Assembly (NCBI GenBank): GCA_041602035.1 | Contig: JBFIHA010000013.1 | Span: 1,464 to 65,463 of the forward strand | Direction: 5' to 3' | Length of the DNA: 64,000 bases | Source of the DNA: Gemmatimonadales bacterium | Lineage (GTDB): Bacteria; Gemmatimonadota; Gemmatimonadetes; Gemmatimonadales; GWC2-71-9 | Shown here: positions 37,388 to 47,488 of the stretch, one piece after another | Position numbering within the stretch: position 1 is the first letter of the stretch | Layout: every line of letters starts with the position of its first letter | Notes under the pieces: model-generated | What the model was told of the DNA's origin: nothing | Database searches by the model: none | Seen by the model: the letters and a program-made list of their open reading frames with translations, nothing else | Position numbers and translations under genes: made by a program

Positions 37388-38086
37388 ATGATGCAACTAC
37401 TGCTCTTGAGCAACTCGACCAACTATGGATCGGGATTCCTCGAGCATGCCGAAGAGATGTTGCGGCGGCTGTTCGGCACGCGGATTCGCGAGGTGCTGTT
37501 CGTGCCGTACGCCGCCGTGCGGTTCTCGTTCGATGCGTTCGCGGACCGCGTCGCCGACCGGTTCCGCTCACTTGGCGTCAAGGTGCGCGCCCTGCATCGT
37601 GAGCTCGACCCGGTACGGGCGGTCGAGGTTGCCGAAGCGATCGCGGTGGGCGGAGGGAACACGTTCCAACTTCTCGCGCGGCTCCAGGAGCAGTCCTTGA
37701 TCGAGCCCGTCCGCCGTCGCGTGCGAGACGGAGCCCGCTATGTGGGATGGAGCGCGGGAGCGAACGTGGCCTGCCCGAGCATCAAGACCACCAACGACAT
37801 GCCCATCGTAGCGCCGCAGAGCTTTGCGGCGCTGGAGCTCGTGCCGTTTCAGATCAACCCGCACTACACCGAGGCCCGACTGCCCGACCACGGTGGAGAG
37901 ACGCGGCCGGAACGCCTGATGGAGTTCGTACAGGCGAATCCAGCCGTACCGGTGGTCGCGCTGCCGGAAGGAACGGCGCTCTTGGTCGAAGACGGTGCCG
38001 TGACGCTGTTGGGTCCGACCGCAGCGACCCTGTTCTCGTCCGACGACGATCCTCGTTCGCTCGAACCCGGACCGCTTGCGTTGTAG
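37388..38086 (+). CDS. pepE: Dipeptidase E (S51)
   Basis: LLLLSNSTNYG, GGGNTFQLL, GWSAGAN, TTNDMPI, INPHY; closely follows the PepE pattern. Start could be 37373, 37388 or 37391. Confidence 0.85.
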   Translation: MMQLLLLSNSTNYGSGFLEHAEEMLRRLFGTRIREVLFVPYAAVRFSFDAFADRVADRFRSLGVKVRALHRELDPVRAVEVAEAIAVGGGNTFQLLARLQEQSLIEPVRRRVRDGARYVGWSAGANVACPSIKTTNDMPIVAPQSFAALELVPFQINPHYTEARLPDHGGETRPERLMEFVQANPAVPVVALPEGTALLVEDGAVTLLGPTAATLFSSDDDPRSLEPGPLAL

Positions 38087-38101
38087 CGACTCGAGGCTGA
38101 C

Positions 38102-39397
38102 CTAGGGCTCGGGGACACGACGCACGATCTCCGACCGTGCGTCAGCCCCGCGTCGGACGATGATCGCGATCGGCTCGCCGCGCACGAGCCACCAACTGTG
38201 CGGGTCGATGGTCGAGGGAGTGGTCACGTGCAGGTACAACCCGCGCACGTCGACCGTGTCCATCGCCGCCGAGTCCTCCAGATCGCCGACCTCGCCGAGC
38301 ACGAGCCCGCGCTGAGCCACCGGATCGCCGTAGGTCAGTGACAGGTCCAGCGGCAACGAGCGTCCGTCCGGTAGCACGACCCGACCGCCCACGAGCAGCA
38401 CGTCGCTCGCCACTCGGTGATTGACCGGAAGTTGCTCGTACACTTGCGGGTCGGCATCCGCATAGCGCTCTGAGGCGATCGCCTCGAGCGCCGAAAGGAG
38501 TAGGGCCCTGTTGAGCCACCGCAACGCTTGCTTCTGTGGATCGTCCGGCAAGGCCCCGCTCTCGATCAGCACGGTGCTGGTCCCCCACTGCTGGATCAGG
38601 TCGCCAAAGGCCCGCGGATTGAACGCGTCGTCGTACTTGGCAACGCGGCCAGGGATGACCTGCTGCAGGGCGGCGGCCAGGACGGCGGCCAGCTGCCGAG
38701 CCCGGCTGCGAACGGGACCGTAGGATCGCGCGGAATCCGCAGCGGGCGCGAGCAGCGCAATGGCCGCCTGAAGCCCATCCGATCCCACCGTGGTCCGTGC
38801 CCCCTGGTCGTGCAGGTTGAACCCGAACGATGGCTCCACGCTGTCCCGCACCATCTTGAGGACTCGTGCCTCAGGCGTGGCCAACCGGCGCGCGTCACGG
38901 TTCACATCCACACCGGCCGCATTGTGCCGCTGAAACCGCTCAGCGCCATCCGGGTTCAGCATAGGGATCATCGTGATGGTGAGGCGCTCCTCGATGAGTG
39001 ACCGTAGCGGATCCGCGGCTGCCTCGGCAAAGAACCGGATCACGTCGGCGAGCGCCATCGTGGCGGTGGATTCATCGCCGTGCATCTGTGACCATAGGAG
39101 GACCCGGACGGGGCCGGAGCCGAACGTCACCGCTCGAATGGCGCGACCCTGCACGGAATGCCCCACCGTGGCGACGCGCACCCCTCCCCGATCGACGTAC
39201 GGGGCCAGCGCGGTCCACAGGTCTGCGTGGGTGAAGCGGCGCTCCGTAATCGCCTCCACAACGAAGCGGTCGCTGGCTACACGGCCCGTGAGGTCACAGC
39301 ACGGAGTCTGAGCAACGCCGGTCCGAGCGGACGCTAGGACCGCCACGAGTGCCGCTGCCACGACCACGCGCACGATCACCGTCCCAGACTTCCTCAC
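38102..39397 (-). CDS. Exported M14-family zinc carboxypeptidase-like protein
   Basis: GTG at 39397 overlaps the upstream stop (GTGA). Signal peptide. WSQMHGDEST (HxxE zinc motif). The long upstream part of the 605-aa ORF looks non-coding. Confidence 0.7.
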   Translation of the reverse strand: MRKSGTVIVRVVVAAALVAVLASARTGVAQTPCCDLTGRVASDRFVVEAITERRFTHADLWTALAPYVDRGGVRVATVGHSVQGRAIRAVTFGSGPVRVLLWSQMHGDESTATMALADVIRFFAEAAADPLRSLIEERLTITMIPMLNPDGAERFQRHNAAGVDVNRDARRLATPEARVLKMVRDSVEPSFGFNLHDQGARTTVGSDGLQAAIALLAPAADSARSYGPVRSRARQLAAVLAAALQQVIPGRVAKYDDAFNPRAFGDLIQQWGTSTVLIESGALPDDPQKQALRWLNRALLLSALEAIASERYADADPQVYEQLPVNHRVASDVLLVGGRVVLPDGRSLPLDLSLTYGDPVAQRGLVLGEVGDLEDSAAMDTVDVRGLYLHVTTPSTIDPHSWWLVRGEPIAIIVRRGADARSEIVRRVPEP

Positions 39398-39933
39398 GGG
39401 CGCAGGGCCTCCGGCACCGGATTCGACGAATCCGGGATGTCGTTCAGGACCGCGGCAATCCGCCAGCGACCGTCCTGGCGGATGAGTTGAAAGCTGTCGA
39501 CACCTTGCTGCGGTGGCCGACCCGACCCGGGGATACTCGCCTCGTACAGCACCAAGACGTGCGCCATGTCCTTGAACACCATCGTATCTGTGCGGAGGAT
39601 CGTCTCGACGAACCCCGTTTGCTCCACGTCGGCGCGCTCGATGAACTGCACGAAATCGTTCACGAACCCGTCTACGCTGAACACCGTGGTTGCCGTGCGG
39701 CTCGTTCGTAGCACGATCACCGCCTCGGGCAGAAACAGCGATCGCACGGCATCCCAATCGGGCGTGGTGCCTGCCTCGAAGGTGACGAGGTCGTACAGGG
39801 CTCGGACCGCCCGTTCGGCCGTGGGAATCGTGTTTCCCCTCGTGGTCTGTTGCGCTTGCGCCGGGCCCGCGAGGCAGGTCAGGGCGAGCGCGACTCCTGC
39901 GACTCGTGCTGAAAGACATCTGGTCGAACCCAT
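39394..39933 (-). CDS. Exported NTF2-fold (SnoaL/DUF4440-like) protein
   Basis: Signal peptide from MGSTRCLSARVAG. C-terminal RQDGRWRIAAVLND, typical of the fold. Confidence 0.55.
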   Translation of the reverse strand: MGSTRCLSARVAGVALALTCLAGPAQAQQTTRGNTIPTAERAVRALYDLVTFEAGTTPDWDAVRSLFLPEAVIVLRTSRTATTVFSVDGFVNDFVQFIERADVEQTGFVETILRTDTMVFKDMAHVLVLYEASIPGSGRPPQQGVDSFQLIRQDGRWRIAAVLNDIPDSSNPVPEALRP

Positions 39934-40082
39934 GGTCACCACTCCGGAGGCAGGCGAGCGATCGGAAAGATGGCCTGAAACGTCGTCACGAATCAATGTG
40001 CGGTGGGTGGTCCGTTGGGTGCGTGGATCCTTGCGAGTATCTTGTACTCCGACGCCTGGCCACCAAAGGACGGACAACCATC

Positions 40083-40619
40083 ATGACGCGACTTTCCGGC
40101 TTTCTGCTCCTCGCCGCGCTCACGGCCTGTGCCGAACGCGCCGCCGACATGCCGATTCCCGATCCCACATCTTGTGCGGTGGAGGGCCTCCGCAACTGTG
40201 CCGTGGCAGGCGACGTCCTGTTCGCGAGTCAGCCGTCAGAGGTGGCGCTCGAGCGCCTTGCCGAGCAGGGTTACACGACCGTCGTCACCACCCGGGCGGA
40301 CGACGAAATCGACTGGGATGAGCGAGCCAAGGTGGAGTCACTCGGGATGAGCTTCCTGAGCATCCCGATGCCCAACCCAGTGTCTGCCATCACCGATGAG
40401 CAGGTCGCCCGGCTCGATTCGGTATTGGCCAACGCACGTGGTCCCGTGGTGCTGCACTGCGGCTCGGGCAACCGCGTATCCGGCCTGTGGGGCGCGTGGC
40501 TCGCCGAGCGGAAGGGCGTCGAGCCCGAGGAGGCCCTGCGCCTGGCTGAGGCGGCCGGCATGCGGAGCGTGCGGCCGGTGGTAGAGCAGCGGCTTGGCGT
40601 GGTCCCCACAGCGAAATAG
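40083..40619 (+). CDS. Lipoprotein with a DUF442 / CX5R phosphatase-like (rhodanese-associated) domain
   Basis: Lipobox LAALTAC. Active-site-like HCGSGNRVSG. Confidence 0.65.
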   Translation: MTRLSGFLLLAALTACAERAADMPIPDPTSCAVEGLRNCAVAGDVLFASQPSEVALERLAEQGYTTVVTTRADDEIDWDERAKVESLGMSFLSIPMPNPVSAITDEQVARLDSVLANARGPVVLHCGSGNRVSGLWGAWLAERKGVEPEEALRLAEAAGMRSVRPVVEQRLGVVPTAK

Positions 40620-40632
40620 CCACCCGAGTGAA

Positions 40633-40667
40633 CGCGGCCCGCCACCTCATGGTCCCGGCGGGCCGCG
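40633..40667. terminator. 11-bp GC hairpin CGCGGCCCGCC / GGCGGGCCGCG between convergent genes
   Basis: Read directly between the stops at 40619 (+) and 40672 (-). Confidence 0.55.
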
Positions 40668-40671
40668 AACT

Positions 40672-41250
40672 TCAAAATCTGAACGCCACGCTCAGGCCGA
40701 GGCCGCTCGGCGTCGGTTGGACGGCTACACGCGCGCGGCCGAGCGGGACCTCGCGCCATGCCTCTCGCGACGACATCGCGCCGATCATGGTACCGAGGAG
40801 GCCTCCGGCCAGACCCACGACCACCGTCCCTCCAACCACCGACGCGACCCTTTCTCCACTGCTCTGGGGACAGACCCAGCTATCATCACATGCCGCGTAG
40901 GCGATGCCGAGAAGAAGCCCGACACCACCTCCCACGAGTGCGCCGGTCCTGGCACCCTTGTCCCAGTTCGAGCGTCGTCCGGCAATGACTTCCAGCTTGG
41001 AGACCATCGCCAGCGGCACCGCGGCGAGCGAGTCCACAGCAGCGCGTCCGTGGTCCAACCGTCGTCGCGCGAATTCGAGGTGCAGCGTATCGGACCGAAT
41101 GGCGCTGACGGTCGCCGGCGTGCGACGGAGGTCGTAGGTCGGGGCCGTTACCCGAACGCGTTGGCCCGGGTGGAGGCTTGGAACTTGCCCCAGCACCGAC
41201 GCGAAGGGAAAGAGCGGCACCACGAGACAAGAGAGTAGGACGCGCCGCAT
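40672..41250 (-). CDS. Hypothetical exported protein with a glycine-zipper membrane segment; same architecture as the protein at 5461..6270
   Basis: Signal peptide. RVRVTAP...DTLHLEF beta-rich N-domain, then GALVGGGVGLLLG and GGTVVVGLAGGLLG. Confidence 0.55.
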   Translation of the reverse strand: MRRVLLSCLVVPLFPFASVLGQVPSLHPGQRVRVTAPTYDLRRTPATVSAIRSDTLHLEFARRRLDHGRAAVDSLAAVPLAMVSKLEVIAGRRSNWDKGARTGALVGGGVGLLLGIAYAACDDSWVCPQSSGERVASVVGGTVVVGLAGGLLGTMIGAMSSREAWREVPLGRARVAVQPTPSGLGLSVAFRF

Positions 41251-41324
41251 GCGTGCCTCCGGGTGTGCGGTCGAGCACATGATCCCCTGGGCGCGTCAAG
41301 CGCGCGTCAAGCGGTGGGCCTCTG

Positions 41325-42551
41325 CTATGGTGTTCGGTCGAACGCTTTCACTGCGAGCGCGCGCCGGTCGGCGGGAATAGCGTGGATCTCGCCATCTTCC
41401 ACGTCCACCACCCGCTGGCCGTCGCGTGTCGATACGAGCAGATGCCGCGGTCCTACCCAACGGCAGCGTTCAGTGCTCGCCGCGACGACGGCCGACTGCG
41501 GTTCCGCGATTACCTCGTCGAGTACGACGCGTTCCGTGGCCCCACGCCGCACGACGACTTGCCGGGTGGTGTAGGCCTGAGCTCCCGTGCTCCGCGCGTA
41601 GGTGCGGTCGTGGGCGAGGCGGCGGCTGTCGGGTGACCAGCACGCATTGAAGTCGTTCGGTACCCCGAGCGGCTTCTGTTCGGCAATGTAGCTGTATTCG
41701 TTGGCCGCCACTGCGTAGGTGATCAGGTGCGTCGTGTTCGCCCAGCGACGCGATACCACCTCGTACACGATGCGCTCGCCGTCCGGCGCCCACACGTCGT
41801 TGCGAGGCCGGCTCTGATAATCGGAAATGACGCGGGCCGCGCCGCCGTCGTGGTCGGCGATCCACAGCTCTGGAATCACGTCAGGCTCAGAACGATTCGC
41901 GATGCGCACCGATCGATGCTGATAGTACGCCATGCGGGTGCCGCTCGCGGCATACTGCGGATCGATCTTTCCCACCTTGCTCGCGGTCGCGATCGTGGCG
42001 CAGTCGGTCGTGGCGACCGTGTAGAAATTGACGGGGTCGTCGACCACCGCCTGCGAGCGCGACCGCCACGCCGTAAACCCGTTTGCCGCACGACAGCCGA
42101 TGTCCCGTACGGTCCCCGATGCGACTTCGCGAATGCCGTCGACGCTGCCACCTCGGACGCCCACGCCCAGTCGACGGCCGTCCGGCGACCACGCCATCGT
42201 GTACTCGGCAGTGCCCGAGCCCACGTGCACGTCCGTCACCACCCCAGTTTCCGTATCAACCGCGACTGCCCGCGTGCTGTCACCCTGACGATAGGCGAAG
42301 CCAACCGCGCCCCCCGATGCAGTGGGCTCCGCGCGCAGCACCTCGTCCACACCGCGCACGAGCGGGCGGTCCCGCCCCGTCCGCGTATCGACGTGCCGGA
42401 GGTCACCCGCGGAGGAATACACGATCGCGTAGTTGTCCCCCGGGAGCGGCCCGGTGACACTGGGTGCGGTCTCAGGTGCGCCCCCCGGCCCACATGCCGG
42501 CATGGCGGAGAAAACGAGGACTGACAGCCAGGATCTGCTTCGATGGATCAT
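41325..42551 (-). CDS. Periplasmic TolB-like beta-propeller (PD40 repeat) protein
   Basis: Signal peptide. Repeated WSPDG/WAPDG/WSPDS motifs. Confidence 0.65.
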   Translation of the reverse strand: MIHRSRSWLSVLVFSAMPACGPGGAPETAPSVTGPLPGDNYAIVYSSAGDLRHVDTRTGRDRPLVRGVDEVLRAEPTASGGAVGFAYRQGDSTRAVAVDTETGVVTDVHVGSGTAEYTMAWSPDGRRLGVGVRGGSVDGIREVASGTVRDIGCRAANGFTAWRSRSQAVVDDPVNFYTVATTDCATIATASKVGKIDPQYAASGTRMAYYQHRSVRIANRSEPDVIPELWIADHDGGAARVISDYQSRPRNDVWAPDGERIVYEVVSRRWANTTHLITYAVAANEYSYIAEQKPLGVPNDFNACWSPDSRRLAHDRTYARSTGAQAYTTRQVVVRRGATERVVLDEVIAEPQSAVVAASTERCRWVGPRHLLVSTRDGQRVVDVEDGEIHAIPADRRALAVKAFDRTP

Positions 42552-42750
42552 GACGCGCTCTCTGGGGATGAGTGGTGCGAATTCGTCCGGCGCTCATAAT
42601 CGCCACTCGAGCGGCAAAAGCAAAGCGTCATTGAACACCGATCAGACCCTTCGTCAATCGACTTGCGCTAGGAGCAGCGAGCGACACGTTGAGAAAGGAG
42701 CGAGCGCACGGTGGACTCGGCGAAGCCTGGCTGGAACCCGGAGGTTGACG

Positions 42751-43506
42751 ATGCTGGAGCTCACAGGGATTGTGGCGCAGGACATGGCGTCACTTGGGGC
42801 CATCTTGGCCTTCGCACTGGTAACGGGCATGGGGGCGTCAACCGCGCGTCCGCCTCAGAGCCGCGAGGTCCCACTCCCACCGCCGCGACAGGACGGTCCG
42901 CTCTCGGTGGAGCGCGCGCTCGGCACGCGACGCTCGGTTCGCGAACTCTCTAGTGCCAGACTCACGATAGACGAGGTCAGCCAGATCCTGTGGGCCGCGC
43001 AGGGCATCACCGAACCTGCCGGTCGGCCGTCCGGTTGGAACCCGGCGTGGACGTGGATGGGCGGCCTGCGCACCGCCCCGTCCGCGGGGGCACTCTATCC
43101 TCTGGAGTTATACGTGCTCGCCGGTGCCGTAGCGGGACTCGACGAAGGGCTCTACCGCTACCTGCCGCAATCGCATGCGCTCACGCGCGTGAGCGACCGT
43201 GATCTGCGGGCGCCGCTCGCTGGTGCCGCCCTCGGACAGCGAGCGATCACGCTGGCTCCGGTGGTGCTCGTCCTCACCGCGGTGTACCATCGTACGGCCG
43301 TCAAGTACGACGATCGCACCGAACGGTATGTCCACATCGAAGTGGGTGCGGCCGCGCAGAACGTCTACCTCCAGGCGGAAGTCCTCGGACTCGGGACCTT
43401 CTTCGTTGGGGCATTCCGCGACCCGGCTGTGCGTGACGCGCTCGGACTGCCGACGGATCACGCTCCACTCGGGATCATGCCGATGGGACGCTACGAGCGT
43501 CGTTGA
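42751..43506 (+). CDS. SagB/ThcOx-type nitroreductase-family dehydrogenase with an N-terminal TM segment
   Basis: GGAGG RBS. RRSVREL, SAGALYPLELYV, EVGAAAQNVYLQAE motifs. Confidence 0.7.
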   Translation: MLELTGIVAQDMASLGAILAFALVTGMGASTARPPQSREVPLPPPRQDGPLSVERALGTRRSVRELSSARLTIDEVSQILWAAQGITEPAGRPSGWNPAWTWMGGLRTAPSAGALYPLELYVLAGAVAGLDEGLYRYLPQSHALTRVSDRDLRAPLAGAALGQRAITLAPVVLVLTAVYHRTAVKYDDRTERYVHIEVGAAAQNVYLQAEVLGLGTFFVGAFRDPAVRDALGLPTDHAPLGIMPMGRYERR

Positions 43507-43528
43507 GACATCCGTTGGCCGGGTGCTG

Positions 43529-44173
43529 TCAGGGTCGGCTCCGAGTCGCGGACGCGGCGTCCAGATAAGCAACAATCTTCGAGCGCGCGTCCGGCGTGAG
43601 GGGCTGGTTCAGCATGGTGGCCAGGTGCGCGTCCATGCGCTCCACGACCGCCGCCCAGTCCGCGGATGGATACTGCCGGGGATCGGGGATCTCGTGACAG
43701 CGACTGCATACCGCCACGTACAGGGCACGGTCGGGTCCGGGCGGCAGGGTCACGCTGCTTACCCTGATCGCGTGCTCGATGAAGTACCGCACCATGACGG
43801 TGCGCTCGGCGGATGAGGGTATCGGCACCCGATGGGGATCCGTGAGACCTTCTATCCTGAGCCACATGCGTCGAAACACACGCGGCCAGTCGGCTGCCGA
43901 GTGGATCTGTGGTGTCGCGAGGGCATGACACGCGGTGCAGTAGCGTTCGTGGAGGTGCGCGCCCTCGGATTCGGGATCCGGAAGATCCGCCCGCGTGACA
44001 CCTGGCGGGGGAAGCGCGACCTTCGCCGAGGCGAGGAGGATCGCCTCCTGATCCGTCGACGCCGCCAACTCGCCTCGAGACGCGTCGGCGGACTGCCGCT
44101 CACCACAGGCGAGCAGACAGAGCAGCGCCACGGACGGAACGCGCCACAGTCGGTGCTGGCACACGGATGTCAT
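43529..44173 (-). CDS. Diheme c-type cytochrome (lipoprotein-like signal)
   Basis: Two CxxCH motifs (CTACH, CSRCH), each followed by a similar ADWP/ADWAAVVERM segment. Confidence 0.7.
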   Translation of the reverse strand: MTSVCQHRLWRVPSVALLCLLACGERQSADASRGELAASTDQEAILLASAKVALPPPGVTRADLPDPESEGAHLHERYCTACHALATPQIHSAADWPRVFRRMWLRIEGLTDPHRVPIPSSAERTVMVRYFIEHAIRVSSVTLPPGPDRALYVAVCSRCHEIPDPRQYPSADWAAVVERMDAHLATMLNQPLTPDARSKIVAYLDAASATRSRP

Positions 44174-44276
44174 CGATGCTCCCCTCGAAAGACCGAGTGT
44201 GAGCGGCACACCGGGGCTTCGACCGGCCACACGGAGCTGACGATGAATGCTGTCAACCGCGGCGTCAAGCGGCGTC

Positions 44277-45653
44277 TCACGCCGACAGGCCGTGCTTTTC
44301 CATCCGATACCGCAGGGTGTCGCGCGTGACCCCGAGCAACTTGGCGGCCTGGGTCACATTGCCGTTTGTTCGTGCTAGGGCCTGGCGAATGAGTCCGAGC
44401 TCGACACTCGTGAGCTCCACTCCCTCCGGTGGGAGCGTGATTAAGGCGGACGCGTCGTCCGTCGCCGCCTCGTGAGCGGAGAGTTCCGCCGGGAGGTGTT
44501 CGGGGTGGATCTCCAATGTCTCTTCGAGAATGAGCGCGCGCTCGAGCACGTTTCGCAGCTCCCTGACGTTGCCTGGCCATGTGTACCCTTCGAGGACGCG
44601 CAGGGCCTCTCCGGTCAGCCGGGGCGGATCGCGTTTGAGATCGCGGGCGAGCTGCTGCACGAAGTACTCCGCAAGCGGGGCGATGTCGTCCGGGTGCTCC
44701 CGGAGCGGAGGAATGGTGATGGGCACCACGTTGAGTCGATAGAACAGGTCCCCACGGAATGCCCCCTCGGCGATCGCCGACTCGAGGGCCCGGTTCGTGG
44801 CAGCAATCACCCGAACGTCCACCGTGACATCGCTGGTTCCCCCCACCCGCTTGAATCGCGAGTCCTCGAGGAACTGCAGGAGCTTGGCCTGCGCCGCCAA
44901 TGGCATGTCCCCGATCTCATCAAGCAAGAGCGTCCCGCCGTCGGCGAGCTCTGCCAGGCCTTTCTTCCGTTCGCGCGCGTCGGTGAATGCGCCTCGCTCG
45001 TGGCCGAATAGCTCTGATTCCACCAGATGCTCGGGCAGCGCCGTGCAGTTGACTTGCAGGAACGGCTGATCACGACGGTCGCTCTGGACATGAATCACAC
45101 GCGCCAAGAGATCTTTGCCCGTCCCGCTCTCGCCGCGCAGGAGGACCGTGGCTCGCCCGGCCCGGGCGACCTTCCCCACGGCCTCCACCAGGTTCCGGAG
45201 CGCCGCGGAACGCCCCACGACCCGGACGTCGGCAAACTGCCAACTCTGTTGCTCGCTGAGCACCGTGACCCGCTGCCGAAGGCGGCGCGTTTCGAGTCCC
45301 TTATCGATCGTGATCAGCAAATCGTCGAGGTCCGGGGGTTTCTGCAGGAAGTGGTACGCGCCCGCCTTCACGGCCTGTACGGCGGTTTCGATTTCGCCGT
45401 AGGCCGTCACGATGACCACCACCAGCTCCTGATCGAGCTCGCGAAATCGACTCAGGAGTTCGAGGCCGTCCCCGTCGGGGAGCCGCAAGTCGAGCAGCAT
45501 GAGGGCGGGCGACGCCCGCTCCAACAGGGCGAGTGCCTCACGACCGCTGCCGGCACCATGCACCGTGTATCCGGCTGCGCCGAGGTGCTCGATGAGCCAC
45601 GTACGCGTGAGCTCGTCGTCGTCCACGACCGCCAGGACGGGGCGAGCCGTCAT
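44277..45653 (-). CDS. Sigma-54-dependent response regulator (NtrC/AtoC family enhancer-binding protein)
   Basis: Receiver domain, AAA+ domain with GESGTGKD and ERGAFTDA (GAFTGA-type loop), C-terminal Fis-type HTH. Confidence 0.92.
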   Translation of the reverse strand: MTARPVLAVVDDDELTRTWLIEHLGAAGYTVHGAGSGREALALLERASPALMLLDLRLPDGDGLELLSRFRELDQELVVVIVTAYGEIETAVQAVKAGAYHFLQKPPDLDDLLITIDKGLETRRLRQRVTVLSEQQSWQFADVRVVGRSAALRNLVEAVGKVARAGRATVLLRGESGTGKDLLARVIHVQSDRRDQPFLQVNCTALPEHLVESELFGHERGAFTDARERKKGLAELADGGTLLLDEIGDMPLAAQAKLLQFLEDSRFKRVGGTSDVTVDVRVIAATNRALESAIAEGAFRGDLFYRLNVVPITIPPLREHPDDIAPLAEYFVQQLARDLKRDPPRLTGEALRVLEGYTWPGNVRELRNVLERALILEETLEIHPEHLPAELSAHEAATDDASALITLPPEGVELTSVELGLIRQALARTNGNVTQAAKLLGVTRDTLRYRMEKHGLSA

Positions 45654-47467
45654 TCCGATCCACCGCGCGGTGTCGGAACGGCGAACACGAGCGTGAACGT
45701 CGACCCCCGCCCGGGCTCGCTCGTGACCTCGATGAGCCCTCCATGCCGATCAATGATTCCGCGGGAGATTGCCAAGCCCAGCCCGGTCCCCTCATGCTTG
45801 GTCGTGTAGAACGGCCGAAAGATGTGCTCGAGGTCCTGCTCGGCAATGCCCGTCCCCGTGTCGGAGATCCCGATCCGTACCCGCTCGCCGGCCCGGGCAA
45901 CGGTCAGGGTGAGCACGCCGCCGGGGTTCATGGCCTGAATGCCGTTCAGCGCAAGGTTCACGAGCGTTTGGGTCATGAGGTCCGGGTCGATCAAGATCTT
46001 CGGCACATCCGGCGCCAGACGCGTCTCCACCCGTACCCCCGCCGCTTCGGCCTGGGCGCGAATGAGTCCCACGACGCGGTCGATCAGCCTGCCGGGATCA
46101 CTGAGAATCGTGCGGGGGTCCTTCGGTCGCGCGTAAGACAACAAATCCCGAATGGCTGCTTCGATCCGGTGAAGCTGCGCATGCATCTGTGCGATGATGT
46201 TCCGGACCGCGTGGTCCTCACCGACTCGCTTCGCCAGGAGGCCCAGGCCGCTGGTCACTCCGATGAGCGGGTTCTTGATCTCGTGCGCGATACCTGATGC
46301 CAGTTCCCCGACGGAGGCGAGCTGCGCCGCGCGCCGCATCTCCTGATCATGCAGCTCCTGGATCTGCTGTGTGGAGGCATGGAGTTCGCGGGACATCTGA
46401 TTGAACGTGCGCCCCAACTCACCCAGCTCGTCCGGCCGATCGATTCGCACCTCCACCCCAAGCTCCCCTCCTCGGAGGCGTTCGGCCGCGTGCACGAGGC
46501 GGCGCAGCGGCGCCACGATCGACCGAGCCACGAACCAGACCACTCCCACGAGGAGCAACGCAAAGCCTGCCTGGAGAACCGCGGCGAACAGCGCGAGGCC
46601 CTGTAGCTGGCCCATCACGCCGGAGACGGGTGCTTCCGCGATGTACCGCCATGGCCGCCCGGGAACCGGCACCGCCGCAGCGAGCACCTCGGTTCCTTCA
46701 TAGTTGAGGTAGCGCTCGGTGGGTCCGCTTCCGGCATCCGCGAGCGGGGACGGCAGTCTCGCCGCGTACTCCAGCCCCGGGTGCGCGTGCGAGACGAACA
46801 GTGGCCGGCCCGCGCGGTCCACGACGAAGGTGTGAATGTCCCCAGCTAGATGCGGCGAGATCCGGAGGAATCCCTCGAGCCCTTCGAAGCCGATGCTCGC
46901 CGCCAGCACCCCGACGGCCACCCCGTCGGCGTCCCGCAGGGGGGTACCAAGCCGGTACACCGGGCTCACGAGACCGGCAACGGCCTCGAGATCCTCGCCG
47001 AAGAACCGCTCTTGACGGCCCACCGCGTGCAGCAACGTCCCCGACCAGTCGGCACCGACACGACTGGGCTGCGTCGCCGCGAGCACGATGCCCCGGGTGT
47101 CCAACACGAACAGCTCGGTCATCGGCGGGAGTCCGGGGAGCACCTGAGTCAGACGCTGCTGCAGCGCGTCCGCCCTGTACGGGTCGGCGGGCTCGCCCGG
47201 GCGCGCCGCGGCCAGCTGGAGGACCGCCTGGGCGACGTCGAGGTTTCGCGCGACCACGGCGTCCAAGTTCCGTTGGTGCCGCTCCACCTCGCTGGCCACG
47301 AACCGCGCTTCCACCTCCGTGATCGCGGTGAGATAACGCTTCACTTGGCTCTCGAGAATCCGGCGCGTGACCTGGTAGCCAACCGTGTTTGACACGAACA
47401 GCGGCACCAGCGAGAGGACGAGAAACCAGGCGAGGATGCGCCGGCTGAGCCCACCCGTCAGCGGCAC
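45650..47467 (-). CDS. Sensor histidine kinase (periplasmic Cache-like sensor, HAMP, HisKA, HATPase)
   Basis: Two TM segments. HAMP domain. H-box HEIKNPL. GTGLGLAIS G2 box. ATGA overlap with the NtrC-like gene. Confidence 0.9.
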   Translation of the reverse strand: MPLTGGLSRRILAWFLVLSLVPLFVSNTVGYQVTRRILESQVKRYLTAITEVEARFVASEVERHQRNLDAVVARNLDVAQAVLQLAAARPGEPADPYRADALQQRLTQVLPGLPPMTELFVLDTRGIVLAATQPSRVGADWSGTLLHAVGRQERFFGEDLEAVAGLVSPVYRLGTPLRDADGVAVGVLAASIGFEGLEGFLRISPHLAGDIHTFVVDRAGRPLFVSHAHPGLEYAARLPSPLADAGSGPTERYLNYEGTEVLAAAVPVPGRPWRYIAEAPVSGVMGQLQGLALFAAVLQAGFALLLVGVVWFVARSIVAPLRRLVHAAERLRGGELGVEVRIDRPDELGELGRTFNQMSRELHASTQQIQELHDQEMRRAAQLASVGELASGIAHEIKNPLIGVTSGLGLLAKRVGEDHAVRNIIAQMHAQLHRIEAAIRDLLSYARPKDPRTILSDPGRLIDRVVGLIRAQAEAAGVRVETRLAPDVPKILIDPDLMTQTLVNLALNGIQAMNPGGVLTLTVARAGERVRIGISDTGTGIAEQDLEHIFRPFYTTKHEGTGLGLAISRGIIDRHGGLIEVTSEPGRGSTFTLVFAVPTPRGGSE

Positions 47468-47488
47468 GAGCGTTTCTGCCGCCCGCGC

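Noticed and set aside
42751-43506. SagB-type dehydrogenase as a marker of a thiazole/oxazole RiPP cluster
   Set aside because: No YcaO/cyclodehydratase, precursor peptide or ABC exporter is visible nearby. The neighbours are a TolB-like protein and a cytochrome. Treated as an orphan nitroreductase-family enzyme.
44174-44276. Sigma-54-like TGGCCG...AGCC upstream of the diheme cytochrome gene. A similar TGGCAC-N5-CGCG occurs on the minus strand near 33840.
   Set aside because: The GG-to-GC spacing is off by one nucleotide in both cases, so neither fits the -24/-12 geometry.
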